This document shows, piece by piece, positions 1 to 10,682 of a DNA stretch of 54,904 nucleotides; positions within the stretch are counted from its first letter, which is position 1; each line of letters starts with the position of its first letter. A program made the position numbers and the translations under genes. The DNA comes from Rotaria socialis (Eukaryota). A model generated the notes under the pieces. It was not told where the DNA came from. It saw nothing but the letters and a program-made list of their open reading frames with translations, and did no database searches. The DNA lies in assembly GCA_905331295.1 (NCBI GenBank), contig CAJNYD010000030.1, positions 1 to 54,904 of the forward strand, read 5' to 3'.

Positions 1-721
1 ATTTTGCACTAAAGTTTATCGTTTCGTTATTCTATGAGGGCCCAAACAATGAAAAATAGGGTCAAGCGAGTGGCTCAGTCTTTATAAGAAATAAAGGAAT
101 TTTTGGAGCTCTTACTGTGATATTCGTAATCGGTACCATTAAATCTACAATTACATTTGGTTTGGGCTCGTGATAAAACAAATTTTGTTTTCGATGATAT
201 CTGTGGGGTACCCCAGGCAAAAAAATCGTCAATGTCGATTTTTGGGAAACGAAGTTGAACAAGGTGATCAAGAATGATCCCTAAATAATAACTGATAGAA
301 ATAATTCAAATCTGAGGGGAGGGCGCAAAACGGTCTTATCCGTCCTCCTCCTCACCTAATATTCTCAGAAGTATTACAAATCTGCAACAAAATAAGCTTA
401 CGCTAATTTTTTCCTCTTTTTTTGTTTTTCTTTTCGGTATTTTCCGCTTTTTAAAGTCAGCTGTCCCATTTTTAGACCTCATCAGGTGGCAGCCCTATGC
501 GACATTCTTACCATCTGCTGGCAGCTAATAAGATGAAATGATCAATTCGATTAGCGCAATGAAAACTACAAATATTTTTAATTAGGTTGATAGAAGAATA
601 TCTATCGAAAACTCTCATAGAATGTATTTTATATCATAGTTCTGAATAATAACATACTTAAAATGAAAACCATGATACTTCTGTGAGAAGTTATTCATAG
701 TTCAAGATAGTTCATTGCGCT

Positions 722-820
722 TCTCTTGTACTTCACTCGTGCTTCCCTGTACTTCGCTTGCACTCCTTTGTACTTCCCCGTACTTCACTTGTACTTCGCT
801 TGTACTTCCATCGTACTTCA
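722..820. repeat. Degenerate ~11-bp minisatellite (consensus about CTTGTACTTCR), probably part of a TE relic
   Basis: About 8 imperfect tandem copies of tgtacttc. This explains the repetitive 66-aa ORF at 726-926. Confidence 0.7.
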
Positions 821-2011
821 AAACATGTTTGAAGTAGATGAAGTCGCGCTTTTCCCCCCTTGTATTCACCACATTGTGATTGGCAAGCCTTCAAACCGAG
901 TTTCTATACTCAATCTTTCCCACTAAATAACAAAAGTAAACTTTTGAAATTCTAGGAATGAAATTCAAAAAACGAGGCCCTAATTTCTCAAATATAAGCG
1001 AATTTGTTGCTCAAAAATTGCACTTTCTAATTCGTCTTTTTTTCTTGGAAAAACATGCCAAAAAGTTTAAGGACTATTTTCTTGAACAGTTTTGCTAGCT
1101 CTATCCAAGAATATGTTAATTTGAAAGAACAATTTTGCTCAAATTTTGAATTTCCGACACCTTCCATGTAAAATGATTTTTGTTTTTGATGCAAGAGTGA
1201 ATTGTATTAAACAAAACGATACAATTCGATAGGAAAATAACGATTCTAATATTATAGCTTATATATACATATATCTTTCGTATATATTATTCAAAATGGA
1301 AAGGATTTTATTTCTTGTTTCATTTGAAATCAAAAACACAATCGAGTTGAAAATTGCTCGTTTGATATTTATCGGTGATCCATTTTTCATGCGTTCGTTT
1401 TTCTTATGAAGAGAAAAGAAAAGAACGATTGTGCTTAGTATTTGTTAGACGTGTCTCTATAGAAATCATTAATTAATATTTCTTCTTTATTTGATCCGAG
1501 AAACAACAAGCGGTTTATAAGAAAAATAAACGTAAGAAGAAAATTTGCTTTTATTATCATCGCAATTTTCTTGTTCTATTATTTTCTATAATGTTGAAAG
1601 AGGTTTGATAAAAATTTGTGAATAGTATTCAATAAAAAAATATATTTGAATAAATATTTGCACAGATAACCAAAATATCTAAAGGATAAAACATATATAT
1701 ATGTGTGCGGGTGTGCGTGCGTGTTTGATAGTCATTAACGAGAAAAGAAAAACGATTTGTTAAAATTGATTTTTACGTGTGAAAAAAAGTAAGGAGGAAA
1801 AATACGAATTGCTCGATTCATCTATAAGAACGATAAGAAAAATTTACGCAGCTGATTGCAAAGGTAAAATATTGATTGAAGTATTCGTACAGATAATAAT
1901 ATATTACTTTTTCTTTCTCTTTCGATTAACAGATATGCTTGATCAAGTTTGACTCTTTTTCTCGTGAAAAATAAATACAATACAGTTAGCAACAAATTTT
2001 AAGCTGAAATC

Positions 2012-5000
2012 ATGGTATAGTAAAGCGAACTTTTTTCTATTTACGAATTTTTTCTTTTTGGTATTCTATGTAGTTTCGTGAAAAACTAAAAACACGAAAA
2101 CATTTAGAAGCACTTAAACATGAAATCGATTTGGTTTGTTTCAATAGCTACTTATCATTTTTGTTTTCTTATTGAAATTTATTTGTTAGGATGAACATAA
2201 AGTTTCAATCAATGAAGTTTATCGAAGATATGGAACAAGTCCAGCTATGGTATTCGAGTGATTTTTTCGTTTTATTTTAATTGCTGTTTTTGTTTTCAAG
2301 GGTCTGTCGGACGAACGAGCAGCCGTACTCCTTGAGCGGGATGGTCCAAATGATTTAACACCGATGCGAAAAATACCTGAAATTGTTCGTCTAGCTAAAA
2401 ATATGTTTGGTGGATTTGCAATACTTCTATGGATTGGTGCTTTCCTTTGTTTTACTGCTCATTTTCTTGAATTCTATACATTAGATGATCTACAATATGA
2501 TAATGTTTGTAAATGTTTCTTTGATTTTTTTATCAATACAAAAAAATAGTTTTTAGATGTATTTAGGGATAGCATTAGCTAGTGTTATAATCATCACTGG
2601 ATTTTTTTCTTATTATCAGCAAGCAAAAAGTTCAAAAATAATGGAATCATTTAAATACTTGGTGCCACAGGCAGGTATTATTGTTATTAGATTGATTAGA
2701 ATAAATTTTTATTAAATCGATTTTAGCAAGCTTGCGTTGTTAGACATGGAAGATCAAGAAATATAAATCCAGAAAAGATTGTTATTGGAGGTTAGTTTTA
2801 TTCTATAGAAGATAAGAAGAAAAAAAAAGACCTTTTATATTTACTAACTTATTCGCATACAATCAATTGAATTTTGTTTTTTCGTAAAAATTTAGATATA
2901 CTTGAAATTCGTCGAGGTGATCGGATTCCAGCTGATATTCGAATAATTCGTGCTCATGGTCTTAAAGTAGATAACTCATCACTGACAGGTGAATCAGAAC
3001 CTCAAGCTCGAGGAATTGAATATACCAATGATGATCCATTAGAAACAAGAAATTTAGCTTTTTTTGGTACATTTGCAGTTGAAGGTCTTTTATTTTTAAT
3101 TCTTTTTTAGTTATTTTTATTTTTATTACAAAATTAATTTAATTTAGGTTCATGCATTGGAGTTGTGATTCGTACTGGTGATAAAACGTTTATTGGACGT
3201 ATTGCTAATTTAACAGCTGGTCTGTTATGAATTTGTTTTATTTTTTGTATGAAGCTATCAAAAACAAAATCGAAATTTTCTAGGCATTGAACGTGGTAAT
3301 ACACCAATAGCCATTGAAATAAATCATTTTATTCGCATAATCACAATTATTGCTATTGTTGTTGGTCTCCTTTTCTGTATTTGTTCTCTTTTTCTTGGTT
3401 ATACATATATTGAAGCTGTTGTTTTTCTCATCAGTATTATTGTTGCACAAGTACCTGAAGGTTAGTTCTGTTTTTTTTTTATAGATTTAGTTAATTTTTT
3501 AAATGAATAACAAGATTTCTCGTTTAGGTCTTTTGGCGACTGTGACTGTGAGTCAATTTGGCTTGAAAGAAAAAAACAATTGTTCATAGTTATTAATTTA
3601 AAGGTTTGTTTAACGTTGACAGCTCAACGAATGGCAAGAAAAAATTGTTTGGTGAAAAATTTGGAAGCAATTGAAACGCTCGGTTCAACAACAGTTATTT
3701 GTGCTGATAAAACAGGAACATTAACACAAAATCAAATGACTGTTGCTCACTTTTGGTTTGATAATCATATTATTGCTTCTGATATTGATGCTTTTCAATC
3801 ACGTATAAAAAAATTTATTAATTTATTTTTTTGAAAAAATATCAAGAACTTTTCTTTTAATTCAATAGAATCAAATTATCTAAAATTTTCTCATTGCTGG
3901 AATGCATTGGGGCGATGTGCCATGTTATGTAATACTGCTATATTCAAAGATGATTCACTTAATCTTTCAAAACCAATTGTTCATCGACAATGTGAAGGAG
4001 ATGCAAGTGAAATAGCAATTCTTAAATGTATGGAAGCTATTGTATGTCATTTATCTATTTAATTAGCTTTAAATTAATAAAATTGAATAAAAATTTAGAC
4101 TGGTAATGTTGCATTATTTCGTTCGAAAAATCCCAAAATATGTGAAGTCCAATTTGCATCATCAAATCGTTATCAATTATCGATTCATTCAACAGGTGAT
4201 CATGATGAAAGATATTTACTTGTTATGAAAGGAGCACCAGAAAAAATTCTCAAAAACTGCTCAACAATATATGTTGATGGTTGTGAAATTGAATTTAATA
4301 CTTATTGGAAAAAACAATATGAAAAAGCATTTAACGAATTAAGTAAAATAAATAAATTAAAATTACCTGAAAAATAAAATTTTGAAATAAAATAGGTAAT
4401 CTTGGTGAACGCGTTCTTGCCTTTGCTGATTATCGTTTACCATTAAATAAATATCCACGTGATTACCAATTTGATTGTGACACAATTAATTTCCATGTTA
4501 ATCCTTATTATGAAAATTTTAATTTTCCAACAACTGGTCTTCGCTTTTTAGGTTTAATTTCATTGATTGATCCGCCACGTGTTAATGTTGCAGAAGCTGT
4601 TAGAAAATGTCGTTCAGCTGGTATACGTTTATTAATGGTAACAGGAGATCATCCATTAACAGCTGCTGCTATTGCACGTGCAACAGGTATTATAACTGAT
4701 CATAATTCAACGGATGTACTTTTAAAAAATGCTTATGATAATAATGCTCGATCATGTGTTATTCATGGAAATACATTAAAAACAATGAATAAACAACAAT
4801 TAGATAATCTTATTAAATATCATCAAGAAATTGTTTTTGCTCGAACAAGTCCACAACAAAAATTAATTATTGTTGAAACTTGTCAAAGATTGGGTGAAAT
4901 TGTTGCTGTTACTGGTGATGGTGTTAACGATGCACCAGCATTGAAAAAAGCTGATATTGGCATTGCCATGGGTATTACTGGATCGGATGTTAGCAAACAA

Positions 5001-7010
5001 GCATCTGATATTATTTTACTTGATGATAATTTTGCATCGATTATAACTGGCATTGAAGAAGGAAGACTTATTTTTGATAATTTAAAAAAATCAATTTGTT
5101 ATACATTATCATCGAAAATTCCTGAATTAGCTCCTTTCCTTTTTTATATGATTTTTCAAATTCCTTTACCACTTGGTATGATTTTTTTTTAGCTACTATA
5201 TTAAGTTAAAACATTTTGAAATGACATATTTTCATCAATTTTCATTCATGATAAATGACTCGAAGAATATTGAACGAAATTTTAGGAGTAACTGAAACGG
5301 TTGCTTAGTATGATAATATACATATTTAATGAATTCTTATTAAGATATACTTATTGATGAAAGATTTTTAGGTTAATTTTACAGGGAAAATTTATCTAAA
5401 CAAAGTAATATTTCATTGAGTCTTCAACAATGTTAATCACCTATTAGACTAAGCATACCATTATTTTAGTTCGTTAAAAATAAATCATTTATTTGTTTGA
5501 AAAATATTTTTAGTGTTAGAACCATAAAAATTCATTTTTAGAGGATTTGAGTCTTCACAGATCTTTTATAGATTTATGGATCTTTTTATAGGTACAATTG
5601 CTATATTATGTATTGATTTGGGCACAGATATGTTACCAGCAATATCATTAGCATACGAAAGAGCTGAATCAGATATAATGAAACGACCACCAAGAGATGC
5701 GAAACGAGAGCATCTTGCTACTGATCGGTTTGATTTATTTTTATTATTCTCTTTTTTTCTTCTATTAATTTTCTATAAAAATAGACTTATTTCGATGAGT
5801 TATGGTCAATTAGGGATGATTCAAGCTGGCGGAGGGTTTTTCGTTTATACTGTTGTTATGGCTGAAAATGGGTTTTTACCATCGAGATTATTCGGATTAA
5901 GAAAATCTTGGGATTCAAGATCAATCAATGATCTTGAAGATTCGTATGGACAAGAATGGGTTTGTTTTTCATGAAATTAATTTTTCTCTTTAGACATATA
6001 CTTACGTATATTCATGGAAACAAATTTTTCTATGGTTTAGACTTATTATCAACGAAAAGCATTGGAGGATACTTGTCATACGGCTTTCTTTGTAACTGTT
6101 GTCATTGTTCAATGGACTGTTTTATTATGTTGTAAATCTCGACGAAATTCTCTTTTTCGACAAGGAATGGCGTAAGTCATTTTATCTGTTCAACATATAT
6201 TTTGTTTTTAAAGTCATTCTACAATGATCATTGTTGAGAAACGAAGAAGATATATTATGGAAACGATTAAAAAAATCAAAATTTTTAATAATATCGTTTC
6301 AATAGAATAGTTCTTAGAAATTAATATGAAAATTTTCTAAATTACTTGTATTGATTAAGGTCATATATTAATCTATAGGATATGTTTACATCGACTTTGA
6401 TACTAACGCTAAAAAATCAAAATAAATAATAAATTCTTTAGATCTATATTCGAGATTGAGCTCGTTACTTTAAAAGCATTCTTTTGATGTTTATTGGGAG
6501 ATTTAGTAAAAAGAAACAAATTTCCAGGAGAAAGTGATTAAACACATTCTGAAATAAATTCTTTCTGTAAACATAGAAGAAAATTTTTATCGAATTAACT
6601 GTTCGATAAGACTAAACAAATTTAATAGAAATAACTGAAACAAAAATACACACCCTAAATCTGTAAGGAGAATAGTGTTTATTAGTATAAGTTTTTTCTT
6701 TGATTATTTTAATAGTTATTTTTTTTATTCTTAAAGAAACCAGGTTCTTAATATGAGTATTGTTTTCGAAACTGTGCTTGCTATTTTAATATCTTACACA
6801 CCATATATCAATCGTGGTTTAATGATGTATCCATTGAAGTAAGTTTCGAATTATAAAATAGTTATCTTGATTGACTGATTGATTTCTAGGTTACATTGGT
6901 GGTTTTTACCATTGCCATTCACTTTACTAGTTTTAATTTATGATGAATGGCGAAAATGGATGATTAGAAAATTTCCTGGGTCAATTATTGATCAAGAAAC
7001 TTCGTATTGA
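2012..7010 (+). CDS. ATP1A: Na+/K+-ATPase alpha subunit (P-type IIC), ~20 exons, divergent paralog
   Basis: ATG at 2012 is directly followed by a 59-bp intron. Spliced exons give [38 protein letters not shown], the phosphorylation motif [60 protein letters not shown] and C-terminal DQETSY-TGA (7008-7010). No stops or frameshifts were seen in the exons. Confidence 0.96.
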
Positions 7011-7922
7011 TAAAATAGTTTTTATTGTGAGCTGTTTTACTTTTACGTTGATTTCAGATTAATAAATAAGTGATTAGATATTAAGAAAAAAAAACTACTT
7101 CAATTTTATGTGAACAATACAATTTACAAAAAAAATAATTAATTTCTCGACTAAATACTTTTTAAATAATATACATCTTATCTATTCTTTATTGAATTTA
7201 ATTAAAAGAATTCTTATTTAAGAAATCTTTAAATTTATTGATTAATATCAAAAAATATGTTTATGATAAAATTATCTAATATTCATATTATCTTTATCAT
7301 ATTATTAATTGTTTAAGAAAAAACAATTCTATATATATTCATCGAAACATATAAGATAAAGAAATATTCAAAAAGAAATATAACTATTAAAGCATCGTTA
7401 GAAATTTTTCAAGGGTACGTGTGGGTTAGAGCCTAACGGGTCCAAGAATTATTGTCCCGGTCAAAACAAAATTTTTAGACTCGGACACAGACCCGGACCG
7501 GATGGGCACTAGTGCGGCATAGGGGAAAGTGTCGGCGTAGATATATGACTCTGCTCTTAATCGGCACGCACACCCACCCATCGAGAATTCGAATACATTA
7601 TATTCACTGTGTCCACTGTGATCGAAGAAAACAATACATTGACTGCCTGAGAAACACCGGAAGTGACTATTTGTTTTTTAATCAAAATATTGCTTAATTT
7701 GAACTTCTACAGGACTTTTCAATAAAACAAACGAGACTGGCATCAAAGTGGACTATATTTCCCAATGGAACACAGGTCACCATATTCAGTGCACCAAGAC
7801 TCAACAAACTATCTCTAGACCCAAATATTCTGGCAATGACAGCAGTACCACCGGAGGTATAGAAAATCGACGCACTTCAAGGTCTTCTGCGATCTCTCAA
7901 TGGATATTTTGATGTCAGTTCC

Positions 7923-8420
7923 ATTCGAATAAAACCAGAAGATATGAAAATATTGTAGGATAATAAAAGCGTTACCAACCATTTGATCATCGACATTCAT
8001 CTATTCATTACGGCTACGTAGTGTAGTCTCCATTCGCCAATCTTTTATTATCCCTCGAAAGCCATACTACATTTGAAATCACCGACAAGCGCCTCAAACA
8101 CATCACAAATCTACGACTAGATTATTATATGATTGTTTATCCCATCAATCAGATAAATCATTGGTACTTACAGGTTATTGATCTCGAACCTAAACTATTT
8201 GTACAAGTAGATTCGCTATCAACCCATGATACATTTAGACCAAGGAGCATGAAACGTCTAATTCATCACCGAAACCGTCAGCATTATATCAGCAATCAAA
8301 AACATATTTAGATTTTCTCAATACCGGGAATTTTATCGCACCGAGTCAGCATTTCGGATAGTACCAACATGATAATCATTCGTGCCAGATAAACCTTCCA
8401 ACTCATGCGAAATATAAACT
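7923..8420 (+). pseudogene. Decayed Ulp1/SENP-like (peptidase C48) cysteine-protease domain, likely TE cargo
   Basis: Motifs occur in the expected order across shifted frames: IKPEDMKIL*DNKSVTNHLIIDIHL (WLND-like region), IVYPINQINHWYLQVIDLEPKLFVQVDSL (catalytic H and D) and QHDNHSCQ (Q...C, Cys codon 8383-8385). Stops and frameshifts are present. Confidence 0.65.
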
Positions 8421-8773
8421 GTACCGCCAGTAGTTTGTGACAATACTGCGCACGACTACAACCAGCTCTACCCGGTTCCAGATAAAAAAAAATGGCAAGG
8501 GTAGAATAACCAGCCGCTCACGGCCATCTTTCTTTTGTGAGTCTTTTTATTTCATCCTTCATCACTACAACTTCATTATATTTATAGACAGCCGATATTA
8601 TTCAAATTATCAAGGCGACCACTCATCAAAAACGACACAATGATAAGACATAAAAAACAATTATAATTCCTCCTTTTACATCAATTGAAAATGTATAAAT
8701 TCACAGCCCTCATAACACAACAAACCCGCATCAAAAGTTTCTCTTTCACTGAAATTATTTCACCCCTTCGCAT

Positions 8774-9060
8774 TAGGGGTGAACCTTTATCTTTATTTTC
8801 CTTTATACTAAAGGATAAAGATAAATGAATCCTTTATCTTTAGAAAATAAATGTAAATGATTGAAAAAGCATCTATAGTTTAGTTTTTATAGATAGATGG
8901 ATCATCTATATTAAGATAATAAAAGAAAATGAGTGAAAAAAATTTATCATTTATTTTCTAACGATAAATGATTCATTTATCTTTAGAAACGAAATGATAA
9001 AGGAATCATTTATCTTTAGAAAATAAAGCAAAACTAAAGGAATAAATGATTTTTATTTTC
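8774..9060. mobile_element. Truncated TIR-element/MITE relic with subterminal repeats
   Basis: Starts TAGGGGTG and is followed by several tttatctttagaaa / ataaatga repeats in both orientations. No matching right end was found. Confidence 0.4.
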
Positions 9061-9339
9061 AAGCGATAATCGAGTCGAGAGTATTCTAGAATTGTAGAAC
9101 TCGTATTTGGGAATATTCTTATTATTGAATCGATGTCTTTGGACTAAAAACAGGGACCTCTGAAGTGAAATCAACTGGTACTGCTTTACTAGTATTTAGG
9201 GGATTTTAGTTAGAAAAATAGAGATTAAATTAAAACTAATACCATATTCTGAATGAGCATTAAAAACGGAACAAACCTATGTGACTTTCGAATATATTTT
9301 AGATAGTTATGATTTTTGGTCGAAGAACCCTGAGGGGGA

Positions 9340-9774
9340 TGTCACGTCGTTATTTTAACGATTGAGATGTAAGCGAAAGACGTAATTTGTTCAAGTATTG
9401 ACAAATGCCACAATGATAATGATGGCAAATGACAAGATGAAGTAAATAAAAGAAAGAAATGTGAATGAGAATTCACTAATTTATTTAATAGATTAGAAAT
9501 GAATGCAACAGTGGATACAACAAGGATAAGTTGTACGATTGACAAGAGTTTCAGAAGAAGAAGTTTTAAGATTCAAGTAGAAGAAAAAAGAAGACGAGTT
9601 GATTATAATAGAATCAACTAAGAGAAAAATAACAAGCTAATGAAAAAAGGAATAATGATACAGTAAAGAAAACGCGGGTAGTAGACAATAAGAAACAAGA
9701 AATCATATAGAGAAAATAAATGTACAAGCATAATTGTCATCAGCACACAATACAGGTGATGTTGTGCCGTCACA
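9340..9774 (+). mobile_element. LTR relic (probable 3' LTR of an LTR retrotransposon)
   Basis: TGTCACG...CGTCACA termini, a purine tract (gaggggga) immediately 5' and AATAAA near 9715. Related pieces lie at ~49290-49745 (+) and 54137-54185 (-). No clean TSD. Confidence 0.5.
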
Positions 9775-9950
9775 GAGGGGCTCCCATTACATACTTTAGC
9801 AGCCAACACATGCCACCATTACNACTCTCTCGTAATTTAGATTCATTTTTATATTTCTTTTTTTATGTTGTTTTTTAACATTTAAGTTTTTTATTTGTAT
9901 ATTTTTATGAAGGATTTTTCCCTTAATCTATTTTGGATTAGCTTAGTGAG

Positions 9951-10682
9951 CAGGGTTGCCAAACGTCCTGATTTAGCCAAGAGAATCCTGATTTTTAGAC
10001 TTTTCTCCTGGTACCAGGAGCTGTTTTTTAAGGTTTTCTCCTGGTTTTACAACTTTTTTTCATTTTGAAGATTAATGACATTTGAATCATTACTGTAAGA
10101 CAAGTCAAGAAAAGAGAAAAGAGAAGTATCACACTATTTGATGAATGAAGCGACTAATAAAGTAATTTTGTTTTCATTGATATATCTAAACTAAGATTAT
10201 TACTTTTATAATATAATTCTATGTTAAGAACTTATATACTGTAGATAAAAAAAAACTTCTATCGAAATTTATTGAATATTTTATATGTAAATATATAAGA
10301 TCGGTGAAGTATCAAATTCATTAGAGGAAAATCTTGTATCACAACCTTTACTATCTGTGATACGTTCTGATTCTGTTTCACTAAAACAATTCAAACGACT
10401 GCGAAATGATTAGCAGCATAGAATACATCTGATTATCTTAATTTTTTCTTACGCAACATTTAGACAACAATGTGCACGTCAATAGCTTAGCAGCAGAAAA
10501 TATCAATCAGTCCAGTGAACGAAAGTTCTCGTTTTCTTCGAAAAAAGACAGCCAAATAGCTTCATGATTTCGATAAATATCTTCTGTTTCTTCTCCTGAT
10601 TTTTCAAAAACAAATCTCCTGGTCAACTTCTGATTTTTTGGCAGAAACTCCTGGTTTTAGAAATTTGAATCTGGCAACCCTG
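9951..10682. mobile_element. Non-autonomous hAT-type element (MITE), 732 bp
   Basis: 11-bp perfect TIR CAGGGTTGCCA / TGGCAACCCTG, perfect 8-bp TSD TTAGTGAG (9943-9950 and 10683-10690) and subterminal tcctg repeats. Confidence 0.92.

Noticed and set aside
726..926. 66-aa repetitive ORF and possible CRISPR-like array
   Set aside because: An 11-bp minisatellite without unique spacers, in a eukaryotic context.
5100..5126. Calling the ATPase an H+/K+-ATPase because of the TM5 lysine
   Set aside because: The Lys is at the N776 position rather than S775, and TM6 (IDLGTD) and Q923 are Na,K-type.
7427..7511. ~85-bp element with 13/17 inverted ends
   Set aside because: The TSD is only 5/8 and the element is too decayed to classify.
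8758..8783. TTCACCCCT-7nt-AGGGGTGAA hairpin as a Helitron end or terminator
   Set aside because: No CTRR terminus follows. It is better explained as adjacent MITE termini or chance.
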